The notes under the pieces were generated by a model, which was given only the letters and a program-made list of their open reading frames with translations, had not been told where the DNA came from and did no database searches. Of a DNA stretch of 64,000 bases, positions 1 through 11,999 are shown one piece after another. Location of the stretch: contig OU015567.1 of assembly GCA_907165135.1 (NCBI GenBank), positions 2,232,001 through 2,296,000 of the forward strand. Reading direction: 5' to 3'. Numbering within the stretch: the stretch's first letter is position 1; every line of letters starts with the position of its first letter. The position numbers and the translations under genes were made by a program. This DNA comes from Oikopleura dioica (lineage: Eukaryota > Animalia > Chordata).

Positions 1-2257
1 TTCGGAGAGTGTTGTAATAGCAGCTGAAAGACTTCCCAAAACATACTATGTCATCGATATAAGAAAGCATCTTCTTCCTGGTGGGGCTTGAGTCGAGAAT
101 CGTGTTTACGACGCGCGAGAATATATTCCCCGAGCATCGATAACCGAAAGGTAATCTGCAGAAGGCGTAAGATTTCCCACCCCACTGGAAGGAAGTCTTA
201 TACCTATCGCTTTTCTTAATAGGGCACTGCCAATATCCGCTCCGCAAATCAACTGTGGCGAAATACTTGTTGCCCGGTCCAATGTTCGCGATCGTATCCT
301 CCATGCTCGGAAGATGATATGGGTCGGATTTGTCGGAGAGGCATTTGTTCAAGCTGTTCTTGTAGTTGATGCAGAAGCGCATTTCCCCAGATTTCTTAGG
401 GATTGGCAGAACGGGGCTATTAAACCCTTTCTGGTCCTTGATCTCTTCTATTATTTTCGTATCGAGCAGTTCGGAGATGTGATCAGTGACCTGGCCATGA
501 AAAGCTTGCGGAATAGGGTGTTGACTGATGTTTCGACTCGTACCATCAGTCGGGATTTCGATCTCGAATGGGAATTCACCCATTTTTTGACCGTCGCAGC
601 CGAATCTGTCGTCGAAATCCAAACACAGCTCGGCGACCACCTTCTTTTGCCCCGGGTCGGCGTTTGCTGGTAGGGTAATTCCGAGTTTTTGCTTCGCTAG
701 CTGAATGGGGCACCTGGCTGCGTTCTTGTTAGGTGCGTCCAGCTTTGGGACTTTTGGTGGCGGTTGAGTGCGGGATCGATCGCTATCCTTGACCGCTGAT
801 CTAGTAGTCAAGTATTTCTTGATTTTGGTCCGCTTCACTCCGTCCAGCTTCACCACTTGAGTCTCAGTTTGTGTGAAGGCTTCGTTGTAGCAAAATGAGA
901 GAGTACGATTCTTATTGTCGACTGTGAAGCTGTCCGTCATCGCATTCTCTAGTATATCGCGGCCCAGTAGACTTGGGTATTTACTGCCTGGCATAATGGT
1001 GAGATTCAGGGAGAATGCAGGGCCACCATTGAATGATAAGCGGCAGGGAAGGATACCCATCGGCTGCTCGGCGGGAATATTTGGGCTGAAACCGGTGACC
1101 TTGAAGGGACAGGGCTTCAGCATCTGGAGAAATTCGTCGGGAACGTAAGCAGCGGACAGACAGGAGGACTCGGCTCCGCTGTCGACTTCCATCGATACGT
1201 CAAAACTTTTAGAGCCCGTAATGATGGTAGCCGAAGCGAAATAAGCCTTTCCTGGTCGCTTCTTCTTCACTGTGTAAAAGTGAACGTCGAATGGTTGGAA
1301 ATCTTCAACGTTCTTAGTCGTATTTATCTTCTTGGATTCTGGTTGTTTATCGTCTTTCCCATCCTTAGAATCGTTGCTGGCGCGCTTAGCATTCTTCTTC
1401 TTTTTGTTCTTATTTCTGTTGAAGTGCTGGGAGACGGTCGCGCTGTCAACTCGATTCTGTCTTGTGGATTGGGCGAGACGGCAGAGTTCGTTGATATCGT
1501 AAACTTTTGATAGGCTTGGAAGGATTGCGTTGAAAACGTCTGGTTCTTCTTTCCTAAGATTCAAGTACAGCATCATCGTCGAGAATATGTCAAATATTTC
1601 ATCGACCCCGGCGTCGGCTGACTTCTCTTGTCGGTAAGAGTTCAAAGTCGCTTGCTTCGCCTCGTTCATCTTTTGCAAGACGTTGGCGGTGTAGTGTGCA
1701 AACGGCTTCGAATGGTCGTATTCGACGTCGAAAACTTCGCTTAGCTTCAGTAAGTAGTGACTCTTCGCGGCGAATGATTTCTCTAGCAGCGCCTTGGCCG
1801 ATTTCCAGTCTTGACAATTCAGAAATTCGGTTCCAAGTGAGCGTTCGATGTTCAAGTCGAAGTGGCTGTACACTGCTGCGATGAAAGGCTGTTCACGTGA
1901 AGGTCTGTCGCGGACGTAGGCGCGGTGATAAATGTCGGCTCTGCCCAAGAAGGTGTTGAAAGATGTGTTGCATGCGGCGTCCAGCTTCGGCAAGTCTTGG
2001 ACGTGACGAGACCAGGTAGTGGCCACCCATGCTTCTTCTCTCATTGTCGCATTCGTAGAGTCTTTTCCTTGATCGAGCTCGCAGGTAAGAAGCGTTGTAC
2101 TGAGCTGTTCTAATTTTACTCTGCTTTCTGTGATCAAGGGCTCTAGGCTTGGCTTTAGTGATTCGTCATTTCGCACTTGTTCTTCGAGGTAGTTTACTCG
2201 ATCGTTTATGCTTCTTATTTCGGTGACGGTTTCTAGCAGTGATTTGTTCGCCGCCAT
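1..2257 (-). CDS. Gag-Pol polyprotein, copy A (partial, open to the window edge where checked)
   Basis: Same frame and sequence as 12422 onward (MAANKSLLETVTEIR...). Spot checks give DSG protease and YIDD RT motifs. Confidence 0.85.
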   Translation of the reverse strand, partial: MAANKSLLETVTEIRSINDRVNYLEEQVRNDESLKPSLEPLITESRVKLEQLSTTLLTCELDQGKDSTNATMREEAWVATTWSRHVQDLPKLDAACNTSFNTFLGRADIYHRAYVRDRPSREQPFIAAVYSHFDLNIERSLGTEFLNCQDWKSAKALLEKSFAAKSHYLLKLSEVFDVEYDHSKPFAHYTANVLQKMNEAKQATLNSYRQEKSADAGVDEIFDIFSTMMLYLNLRKEEPDVFNAILPSLSKVYDINELCRLAQSTRQNRVDSATVSQHFNRNKNKKKKNAKRASNDSKDGKDDKQPESKKINTTKNVEDFQPFDVHFYTVKKKRPGKAYFASATIITGSKSFDVSMEVDSGAESSCLSAAYVPDEFLQMLKPCPFKVTGFSPNIPAEQPMGILPCRLSFNGGPAFSLNLTIMPGSKYPSLLGRDILENAMTDSFTVDNKNRTLSFCYNEAFTQTETQVVKLDGVKRTKIKKYLTTRSAVKDSDRSRTQPPPKVPKLDAPNKNAARCPIQLAKQKLGITLPANADPGQKKVVAELCLDFDDRFGCDGQKMGEFPFEIEIPTDGTSRNISQHPIPQAFHGQVTDHISELLDTKIIEEIKDQKGFNSPVLPIPKKSGEMRFCINYKNSLNKCLSDKSDPYHLPSMEDTIANIGPGNKYFATVDLRSGYWQCPIKKSDRYKTSFQWGGKSYAFCRLPFGYRCSGNIFSRVVNTILDSSPTRKKMLSYIDDIVCFGKSFSCYYNTLR

Positions 2258-2769
2258 AGCTCGAAATATATCGGCAGTAAGGGTTTATGGGCCTTGGATT
2301 ACCTTTCAGGCCCTCAGAAAATACTGCGACTAAAAGTCGCAATATGATGAGCTGAGGTGCCTTTTTGCGCAAACGCCCGACGATTTCTCTGTCCAGCGAT
2401 TGTCGAAATTTCAAGGTCTGGTCCAAGGGTCGATTCTTCGTAAACTTCTCTCGATTTTTGGTGAAAAGTGGCGAAAGAATTATGTTTTTCTCAGTATTTT
2501 AGGTTTTCCCCGGCGTGCGTGCGTGGTTGCGTGGGCGCGACTTTCGGCGCGTGGGTCGTGGTGGCGCTCGTGCGGTGGCGCTCGCTCGGGGTGGTGTTGG
2601 TGTGGTGCGGAAAATTCTCTGAGTGGAGTTTCTCCGGCGGCGCGGTGGCGGTTGGTGATTCGGTTCCCCTCGACTCCGCTGACGGCCAATCAGCGTCCAA
2701 GTTGCGAAACTTCGGTTGTCGATGGCGGAAAAATTTATCTTTTCTCCAACGGGACTACTCTGATACCAC

Positions 2770-3025
2770 TGAAGGGATCCTAGCTTCTGCTGAATCTCCC
2801 ACTTCTAGCGTAGTTTGCCTGCTCTCTATATCTGGACGAGTGAAGAAAACGAGTAAAGTATCTTTGACGTCTGTATTTCGAGCTGGAGTAAAATAGAGGT
2901 TAATTCACGAACTGCGTGAATTACCGAATGGAGAGAAATACACGGCGGCGACCGAGCAAAGCTCGATCTAGATAAGCAAGTGACCTTAGGGGACGAGGGA
3001 GTCTAACGAATCTAAGATCCCAATA
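2770..3025 (-). repeat. 5' LTR of copy A (256 bp, TATTGGGATC...GATCCCTTCA on element strand)
   Basis: Matches the LTR at 17885-18140 by eye; carries the C allele at the single LTR polymorphism. Confidence 0.95.
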
Positions 3026-3372
3026 GTATCAAGCTCTTATAAAGAAAGAAAATACAACAAGATAGAAAATCATCCTCTAGAAACCACAAACCTTCTGAAA
3101 CAAATTTCATACATAGAATTTACTGAAATATGAAACACGAGGTACCGCAGTAAGTCGTGATTGTGTATTTAAGTCTACAAATAGGTATGTGAAACAATTT
3201 CAATACGGAATGATCGGTTACTTTATTCATAGTATTGTAGTGATCTCTTAGAGGATGATTTTCAGTCAGAGCGTTTTTGAACGGTCTTGAACAGGGTTAA
3301 TTTTATTAGACAGATAGATTTAGTTTTGTTGTTTTCGTAATAAATAAAAAGAACAGCTGGCAATGTCGGTAA

Positions 3373-5949
3373 TTAACGATCAATTTCTCCAAACACCAAG
3401 TCCATAGTTCCGACAATGCCGCAAATATCGGGTAAGTTGTTTCCAGTGGCCACGTGATCGATAGCACCCAAGTGAGCGAAGCCGGGAGCCTTGATTTTGC
3501 ATCTGTAAGGTCGAGAAGTTCCGTCAGAGACAAGGTACACGCCAAATTCACCCTAAAATCGCATTTGCCAACTTTCAAGCGCTAGAAAAATGTACCTTGG
3601 GCGCTTCAACAGCAGTGTAAGTAGCTCCGGGAGGCACTTGGTAACCTTCAGTCCAGAATTTGAAGTGATGAATGACTGCTTCCATATCGTTCTTCATCGA
3701 GAGTCGGTTTGGTGGAGTGAACTTTCTGTCGTCAGCTTTGATGTCGCCTTCTGGCATTTGATTCAAGCACTTTAAAAGAAGATAAGGAGGAGTCCAATCG
3801 GTATTCCCGAAAGTCGAGGACATAGGCGGAGTAGGGGGCGAAGCTCCTTTCAAAAGCAATCATCTGCTAGCTTCTCAGGGGGCCCCATTCTTCTCAGAGG
3901 AGGTTCGCCTTTCTACTCGGCCTTTGGGATCGGGTAGATGGCTATGCCAAATATTTTACCTGGTGAATGATTCGGATAGACTCTCTCATCTCTTCCATTC
4001 GGCAAAGATATCTGTCAAAGCAATCGCCTCTAGTTCCAATTGGCACGTCAAACTCCACCAAATCGTAAGCATCATAAGGAGCGACCTTTCGGATATCCCA
4101 CTACAACACTTCGTTATCCCCCAATTTTGCTTCCCGGACTTACCTTGATTCCAGATCCACGAAGCATGCAGCCAGAGAAGCCCCACTCCTGGGCAGAATC
4201 GTAGGATACAATGCCGACGTCGACGTTTCGCGCTCTCCAGACTCGGTTTTCTGTCAGCATTTCTTCGACTTCATCGAGTCGAGAAGAGTACTAGAAAGGG
4301 AATTAAAGAAGGGAGAAGTTAAGAGTTGGTCTTACTCGTTTGGCCCAGTCGTAGATATCGTCGCAAAGACCGATTGGCAGATCCAAGTTGACACCACCTA
4401 AGAACGTAAGTATTCATCGAATCGTATGTGAACGTCAATAACTCTGACCGAGGCCGGAAGGCTGACGATGGGGGCGAACCCAAGGGTGTAAAACTCGTTG
4501 ATTTTTGGTATTTTTTCTCTGATAAAATGCAATCGAGGATTACGGGTTTTAGAGGGGGATTCAGACCTACTTTCAGCCACACCGGCATGTGAAGAGAAAT
4601 GGACTTGTTTTATGGAAAATTTACATCTTTATCGTTGATTTTACCTGGTCGGACATAAGCAGCGTGCATTCGAGCTCCACAGACTCGCTCATAGAATTCG
4701 TAAAGCTTCTCTCTTTCTTCGAAGAGCCAGAAGAAAGGAGTCATGGCGCCGAGATCGAGAGCACCACAGCCGACGAAAACGGTGTGGTTCAAGATTCGAG
4801 TGATTTCGGCGAACATCGTTCGGATGTATTTGGCTCGGAGGGGAACCTAAAGATTGAAGGATTGGATCAGAGTTAACTTCTCATTACACGGGCGCGCGAC
4901 TAAGCGCTCAAAACACGGGGTCGGGAAAACCGACCACCAAGCATTATTCAGCCCGCGCGGGGCGCCGAATCCGGGTGTGAAAAACCGCGCCGACTATTTT
5001 GACCTCTTATTCATATTTCCGTTTCGGTATTGAGTTCAAAATTATACTGTTAGAAAGCTTGAACACTGAGCTATTTACTCATCTTATTATCAAGGAAGAA
5101 AAACCTTCAGATTTTTCGATAATGAGCGCGAGAGAAATCTGGTGCAAAGCGCCATTCCTCTTGAGAAATTTCACGAAACTTCGCAGAGTGGTTCGATTTG
5201 TTCATATAAGTGCACATTCCAAAAATTAGGCCAAACAGATTACCAACTTCGAAGTTATTGAGGGCCAAAGTCGCCGTGGTCGGTTTTACCGACCCCGTGT
5301 ATTGAGAAGTTAAGGATGTGTACCTCGATATTGCACAATTTCTCGACAGCGAGGGAGAAGCACTGTTCGTTGACCATCATCGAGCAGTAGTCAAGTCGGT
5401 CGAAGTAGGGAAGCGCCTGGTTGTAGGTTTTGTATTCGATGAGCTTCTCAGTTCCTCGGTGGAGGAGGCCGATATGAGGGTCGCATCGCATGACGTTTTC
5501 GCCGTGGAGCTCGAGGATCAATCGCAACACTCCGTGAGCAGCTGGATGCTGAGGGCTAGAGAACAGAATATAAGATATTTAGAGTTTAAAGGGATCAGTG
5601 ATCCCAGATCACTCGAGGCCTCGGGTTAAAAACCATTGTCTGCTCGATTATCTTACCCGAAGTTAAGCTGCATAGTTTCGAGTTTCTTGTATCCGACTGG
5701 ATCGTGCGTCTTTCGCTCCGACTGGGCATTTCTCAGTTTGAAAGTGTTGGGTGTGTCGAAGAGATTCATGTTGTTCTTCTTCGACTGAGGATTGTAGACG
5801 GCGTCGAAGGTGGGGTCGATTCGCTCGAAGGAGTTGACCTTGAATTTGTCCATTTGGTACTTGCCGGTCAAGCCGCTGGCGCGGTACTCTTGGTTGATCA
5901 TGTACCGGAAGGTACGAGACGACCGACCGGGAGCCAATCGACTGAACAT
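3373..5949 (-). CDS. NDUFS2: NADH:ubiquinone oxidoreductase 49-kDa subunit (NDUFS2/NuoD family), multi-exon
   Basis: Exons give [103 protein letters not shown]-terminus looks like a mitochondrial presequence. GT-AG introns. Confidence 0.95.
4877..5309. mobile_element. Non-autonomous TIR element (MITE) flanked by TTAA, inside an NDUFS2 intron
   Basis: TTAA at 4873-4876 and 5310-5313. TIR CTTCTCA(T/A)TACACGGG at both ends, plus a subterminal inverted repeat CACGGGGTCGG(G/T)AAAACCGACCAC. Removing it leaves a 40-bp GT-AG intron. Confidence 0.8.
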
Positions 5950-6499
5950 TTTCTAAATAAATAAAAAATGAGGATAATTCTCATTATTAATTCTCAATGA
6001 GCACGACATAATCAGACGTTAACCATCTATTTTAAATCCAACAGCACTGTGAATCATTTGTAATTATATTATCATTTTTTAGTATCCAAGATATTCCTTT
6101 GACGAAGACCGAGACAAAGGGCTAAATAGTTGGGATTCTCATTTGATATTTTCTCGAAGGACGAATTCTAGCGCAGTTTTCTTTTCTCTTCCATTTTTTT
6201 CCTCAGAATGACTCATCTTTGGTGCGCTCGGCCAATCGGCGCCGCGAAAAAAATTACCAAAGGGAAGCGCAAGTTCGAGAGAAATCCATTTTTGGCGAAG
6301 AAGGGAAAAAGGAAATTTTCAAAATAATATGAAGTGTTCAATCTTCATGGATTGATATATTTATCACAAAAATAATTAGGGCCAGAAAATTGGTCTAACC
6401 TCTAGAAATACCCGTTTCTCTTGGCGAAAACTTTCATAAGAGAAGATTTCCGAATGAATTTAGTTTATGAAAATTGTTAAAGAACGATAGGCAGTCAAA
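5950..6499. promoter_or_regulatory. Probable bidirectional promoter region between divergent NDUFS2 and PPIL1
   Basis: Head-to-head ATGs at 5949 (-) and 6500 (+), about 550 bp apart. CCAAT near 6232. Inferred from gene geometry only. Confidence 0.5.
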
Positions 6500-7207
6500 A
6501 TGAGCGGAATTCCTGGAAAAAGCTGGCAGCCACCGTTCGTCCATTTAGAAACATCCATGGGTCCCGTAAGAACCCCAATTTTCCACCCAAACTAGCTCTC
6601 ATTTCAGGTGGTACTGGAGCTGTACTGGAACCACGCGCCAGACACATGTCGTAACTTTGCGGAACTGGCAAGAAGAGGCTACTACAACAACTTGATCTTC
6701 CACAGAATCATCGCCGACTTCATGATTCAAGGAGGCGATCCAACTGGAACTGGCCGCGGCGGAGCCTCTATTTATGGGTAAAAAAAAGTGTTGTGGCAAA
6801 GTGTAAAAAAATTGTTCAGAAAAACATTTGCAGATGAAATTTCAAAGGAGCTGAAACACACTGGCGCTGGAATTTTATCGATGGCGAATTCGGGAAAGAA
6901 TACTAATGGCTCGCAGGTTTGAAATTTCGAGCTTCGTTGTCGTCAAATGGATTTATTTAGTTTTTTTATAACTTTGGCTCCGACTCAGTGGCTCGACGGA
7001 AAACACACGATTTTCGGACGAGTGGCGAAAGGGATGAAAGTCGTGGCGAATATGGGAATGGTGAAGACAAATGCCAGGGATATTCCAAAAGATAAAGTTT
7101 CCGTAAGACCTCTTTTTCCCGATTTCCCTTGAAAATGATGGTAATTTTAGATACGGCAGGCGTTCCCGATGGATACAGAAGGAAGACCAGTTCAACATGT
7201 CATTTGA
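6500..7207 (+). CDS. PPIL1: Peptidyl-prolyl isomerase-like 1 (spliceosomal cyclophilin), 5 exons
   Basis: [84 protein letters not shown]. Four short GT-AG introns. Confidence 0.93.
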
Positions 7208-7345
7208 AAAATCGAAAAGAAAAACTGCCAGAAAATCACATGTTACAGTAACGACTGTTAGGTTAAATTCTCCTTTATCACTGCTGAATACACTCAATTT
7301 GTTCCGAAGAGCTACAAACGATCGCGTTTTATTAACAGTTTAGAT

Positions 7346-9089
7346 TCATTTTGAACCCTTTTTCTCTCTGATAAAAACTTCATCTTTTGAATCAAACGAA
7401 ACAAGATCTTCTTCTGTCTCTGGCTGCTCAGATGCTCCGAAATTTTGATTCTTTCCACTTCCAAGCCCTAGAAAAGTGTATCCGCCAACGAGAGAGACTG
7501 CTGCTGAAATAAAGAAAGCATTCTTCCACCCGTCAGCAGCGCTTTTTGACCCCTTCAAAATCTGTTCCACCAAAAGGGGAACGGCTTTTTTCGATTGAAA
7601 AGAAGAGGAAGAACGGTTGAATTATTCAAAGAGATTTTCAATCGGTTCCGAAACCAGCGCAATTGCCAACTGTATTGACGAGTCCTTGAACAATGCCAGA
7701 GTAATCGGGCGCCAAATCCATCGAGTTCGGCTCCAATGCTAGAAATGACCCTAAATTCATAATTTTTCAATTAAAAATGGCGAATCTTCGAACCGATTCC
7801 GACAGAAAAAGCCATCAAAAGAGCGAAAGCAATGTTCAGCTCAAACATACAAGCAGTCCTTGTCAGTAGCACAAGGCACAGAGCAATCCCCATTGATGAT
7901 GTTGTCGATATAGCTTTTCTAGAGAAAGTCGGGGATTTCTTCTTTGCAAGATGATCGCTTATGAAGCCGAAAAATCCGGAAGCGATGAGGGAAAGCGCCA
8001 AAGTCGTGCCAATTATTCCGATTGTGAAAACATCCAGGCCGTAAGAAACTGAGAGAAACTAACAAAAAATTAGCGCGAAAGCAATTCTAGCACCTTTCTA
8101 CCTCTGGAAACTTCGCTAGAATCAAAAAAATGGTCCACTGAACGCATAATTGACCAATAACCAGCGCCCAAAAAGGTATTGACTCGAGAATTTCTCCCCA
8201 AGGAACTTTCTTTGCAGTTTTTCTATCGCAAGATGCATTTCGTTTTGTGATTATGTAATCTGTTTCTTCTTTGGAACAGCGTTTGTCTTGTTCTGGAGTT
8301 GGAAAAACGAAGAATTGCCAGATTCCCGCCCAGATGAGGCACATCAAACCGGACAAATAAAAAACCCTGAAACATTAATAACATATTAAAATCAACGTTG
8401 ACTTACAGTTGCCAACTGTATCTGCTCAGCAGTCCTCCGAAAAACTGAGCAGAAACGATGCCAACAGGGCAGCCAATAATCTGAAGGGATACCATTCTAC
8501 CGATTTCACTCGATGGCGCCCACCCCGACAAGCTTTCTCTGGTAACTGGTATGGCTGGGCCTGAGAGGGCTCCAGCAACGATTCTTGAGATGATGGCCAA
8601 TGTTACGCTTGTTTTCAGAATCACTGGAAAACCAAGTGTCTATGACAAAAATGCTCAATATTCTTGTTTCGCAAGAACTTACCAATATTCCAGAGAAAAG
8701 GGTTGAAATCAAAAGCACTTTTTTAAAACCAATTCTCGTCGCCAACCATGGCCCGGCTAGTTGCGTCAAAACATAGCCAATATTGAAAGCAGATACAAGC
8801 AAGCTCTTTTCATCCTCAGACATTTCTATCACATCTTTTTCGTCTTGAAAAACCGTTGAATTTGTCAAAACAGCTGTCGAGTTTCCACTACTATCACTTT
8901 CTTCAACACAAATCGCCGACTCTTCCGACGAAGATGCAGTTTTCTTCGGAACCTAAGAGGACGCCATAAATGAGCGGTAAAGAAAGCTCTTACAATGACT
9001 AAAATCGCAATAAACATCGAATTCATCATAAAATAAGAACAAGCCAGGCACCAACTTCCCATAAGTGTCACAAAATATCTCCTTTTCAT
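7346..9089 (-). CDS. SLC17/sialin-like MFS anion transporter, multi-exon
   Basis: Multiple TM exons: SAFNIGYVLTQLAGPWLATRIGFK, SRIVAGALSG..., GWAPSSEIGRM, VPWGEILESIPFWAL, DLAPDYSGIVQGLVNTVGNCAGF, WKNAFFISAAV. Confidence 0.85.
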
Positions 9090-9399
9090 TTTGGACGAAT
9101 ACTGATAAACTAAAAATAAAACTAAACGATGGTTCTTTCTCTTTACCCAAACGTATATTTCTGAGAAAATGTATCTAGAGATAACTTATTTGAGAAAAAA
9201 AATCTCACACCCACTTTTGATTTTGTCGTAAACAAACCCGGATCATCAAATTTAAACCCATCAAATTATTGGTTTTATAAAAAATTGTATATTTTATTGA
9301 AGGAAAGCATGAAAATTTGTACAGTAAAGAACTGGAGCAACAGACTTAAAGATTCATCCCAAAGACAACATTCATCGAAGATCGTCGAGATTGAGCTTT

Positions 9400-10200
9400 T
9401 TCTTATCACGGATCAACCCCATAATTAATGATAAAAGAAAGAGTCCTGAAAGAGGACTTTTGTCGATAGTTTCTCATATTTTGACCCATTCCGATAGTTT
9501 CTCTGGGATTTCAGTAGTCGTGTATCCGGATGAAGAGGAGTAAATTGTTATGGAATCGCTAGAAAATCAGTTGCTGGACTGGATATTTTTCAAAATTGAG
9601 TTACCTAGTTTCAGACTCGGAAGAGACGTCGGTTTTCTCGTGTATGGGGTTTTCAGTTATTAATTCCCTAAAGCTATGAAAATATACAGTGTCGATTTCC
9701 GAGAGTTATTTACGGTTCACCAAATGTTGGTGAGATCGTGGCCCTCGAGGGAGTACCTTGCGCGCACCGGCATGTGCACGGGGATAACTGTTCCCTTTCC
9801 CGCATTCGCTGGTGGTACCCCGTAGATGTCCTCGTCCTGCACGTACAGCGGGTTCTTTCGGCGGTCAAAACAAGTTCTCAGGGTTTTTCTTAGACAAAAA
9901 CTTGGTCAACCGTTCCTTGGAGCCCATTACCTTCGACATTGTTTCGTATGTGTTGGCCATGTCTACTGGACCTAAAGAAAAAGGGATGGTTCTCAATTAC
10001 CCTTTGACTCATTTTACCTTTGCTGAGTGTTCGGATGATTCGATTCTCTGCTGCCGTCATTGGCCTCTGGTAGAGCTCGTCGTTGGTATAGTAGTTTGTA
10101 GGTCTAACATCTTCCTTAGGACGCGTGATATTCGGTTTCACCCCCCGCAAAACCTTACTGTTTATCGTGTGAGTTAAACTTATTCTAGCACTTTTGTGAA
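9400..10200 (-). CDS. Probable small spliced gene of unknown function
   Basis: Open frame at 9890-10150 (RGVKPNITRPKEDVRPTNYYTNDELYQRP...) with coding-like composition. Start and other exons unresolved. Confidence 0.35.
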
Positions 10201-10854
10201 AGATGAAAAATTGTACTTACAGCAATATTTAAATGATAGTCGAGCCAATCGTGTGGATTGTGTTTTTGAGTGAGAATTTGTCGCTAGAATAAAGAAAGGA
10301 GCATTTTGAGAAGGTTTTTTAGTAAAAATTGTAGATATCGCTTATTTGAATTGAGTTGGATTTTCTGAGGCCAACTGGGCGGTCGTACATGCCCTCGTAC
10401 ACTGGTTGAGTATTCACTCTTACTACCTCGCGAGTTCGCTCCCGCCGGAGCTTCATTTTTTTCACCACCATCCAAAGCACGATCTGAATAAATCAATTAA
10501 CAAATTCCATTTGAAGCTCTTTCACCAAAATAACGATGAGGATCAAAAGAACCGCAAGGGTTGAAATCACGATTGTCGCTGCGGATTGCTTCAGTTCTCG
10601 AGTTTCTTCTTCATTCATTGGCTCGATTGTTGTGATTCGATCTTCACCTGGTGGTTTCGTAGAGTGAGCCTAGAATAAATGGTAAACATTTGTAAGAAAA
10701 GTAGAAACATACATTGAGGATGTCGAAAAGATACTTTGGAAGAGTCTTTTGGGTAGTGCTAGGAGGGCGAGTTGGACTGGGCCCCTTTTCGAGCAGTTTA
10801 ATCAGAGCTTCAAGATCCATTATAGTAGTTTTCTCTTTTGTTGTCGTTGGTTTT

Positions 10855-11035
10855 ATGGTGGTTGTTGTTGTCGTTGTTGTGGAAGTGGTTGATGTCGTGG
10901 TCGATGTTGTTGTAGTTGTAGTTGATGTGGTTGTTGATGTCGTAGTTGTGGTTGTTGTGGTGGTGGTTGTTGTCCGCTCAGTTGTAGTTGTTGTCTGCGC
11001 CTCTGAAGTCGTCATTTCCGCCGTTGTCGGAACCG
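10855..11035 (-). repeat. Thr-rich (ACN)n coding low-complexity tract (mucin-like stalk)
   Basis: Encodes TTTTTERTTTTTTTTTTTTSTTTST... within ORF 10644-11693. Confidence 0.9.
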
Positions 11036-11731
11036 TTGTGGGCACATTCTCGAAACCATTTTTCATCAAGACCGGACAACTATCCCAAGGGCCGAAAGAC
11101 ACCTCTTGATTGACATTTTCTACGTTGCTAAGCGGCGAGCCGACATCGTCAATCCAGAACTTCTCGCCGCGATCACACGAGCAGTTTTCCTCCTTGTTTT
11201 CAATCTTCTCCGCGGCTTCTTGTTCCCGAACAAGTTTGTCGAAAATATTGATGTCGTAGATGTCGCCAGTGAAAGATTTCAGATTATTGTCGTTTGAGCC
11301 AAAGATGATGGCGCTTTCTTTCTTTTCATTTTTGAACCGAAACTTTTGCGTTTCTAGCGTCACGCCGCCGAGGGAGAAGCGAAAGTACCCACTGTCGGAG
11401 AATGAGAAACAGATCAAATTCCAATCAAACGCCTTGATTTTGTCCCTGGCGCTTACGGAGCTTCGTTGCCCGTTAATTTCCAACGCGAATCCCTGTACTG
11501 CGCCTTCGTCTCGGACGATATTGACGATGATCGAATTTTGACCGTCGACGGCGAAGAGGCGCTCATGCTGAGTTTTCCGATCTTTCGGCTTGAACTGCAC
11601 CCAGAAGCAGCCATTGACAGCGGTTGAATTTGAAAGCCCAGAAAGCTGGTGCTGCCAGAAAGTTTTCTGACCATTTTCAGGTCGGAAACGCAAATGAAGA
11701 CTTTGGCAGGAGAAGCATCGTTTTATCCATG

Positions 11732-11987
11732 TATTGGGATCTTAGATTCGTTAGACTCCCTCGTCCCCTAAGGTCACTTGCTTATCTAGATCGAGCTTTG
11801 CTCGGTCGCCGCCGTGTATTTCTCTCCATTCGGTAATTCACGCAGTTCGTGAATTAACCTCTATTTTACTCCAGCTCGAAATACAGACGTCAAAGATAAT
11901 TTACTCGTTTTCTTCACTCGTCCAGATATAGAGAGCAGGCAAACTACGCTAGAAGTGGGAGATTCAGCAGAAGCTAGGATCCCTTCA
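11732..11987 (+). repeat. 5' LTR of copy B
   Basis: Direct repeat of 17885-18140. Confidence 0.97.
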
Positions 11988-11988
11988 G

Positions 11989-11999
11989 TGGTATCAGAG
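11989..11999 (+). promoter_or_regulatory. Primer-binding site TGGTATCAGAG (initiator-Met-tRNA-like)
   Basis: One base after the 5' LTR; begins TGG (complement of tRNA CCA). Identical in copy A (2758-2768). Confidence 0.8.

Larger units (their letters stand above)
1..3025 (-). mobile_element. Ty3/gypsy LTR retrotransposon, copy A (5' LTR, leader, gag, protease and part of RT; continues off the left edge)
   Basis: Reverse complement of 11732-14678. 256-bp LTR at 2770-3025, PBS at 2758-2768, ATG at 2257. The minus strand near 48-59 encodes the RT YIDD motif. Confidence 0.95.

Noticed and set aside
314-2896. Numerous 60-140 aa ORFs overlapping the retrotransposon copies (also within 12098-17567)
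   Set aside because: Alternative-frame or antisense shadows of gag-pol, the leader and the LTR; no independent motifs.
3373-5949. Bacterial nuoD or a prokaryotic origin for the window
   Set aside because: The gene has spliceosomal introns and a presequence-like N-terminus, and its neighbours are animal genes.
10714-11109. Poly-Val plus-strand ORF
   Set aside because: Antisense shadow of the Thr-rich coding tract.
11730-11731. Canonical TG start for the 5' LTR (TGTATTGGG)
   Set aside because: The other two LTR copies are not preceded by TG, and these bases belong to the CATG target-site duplication.
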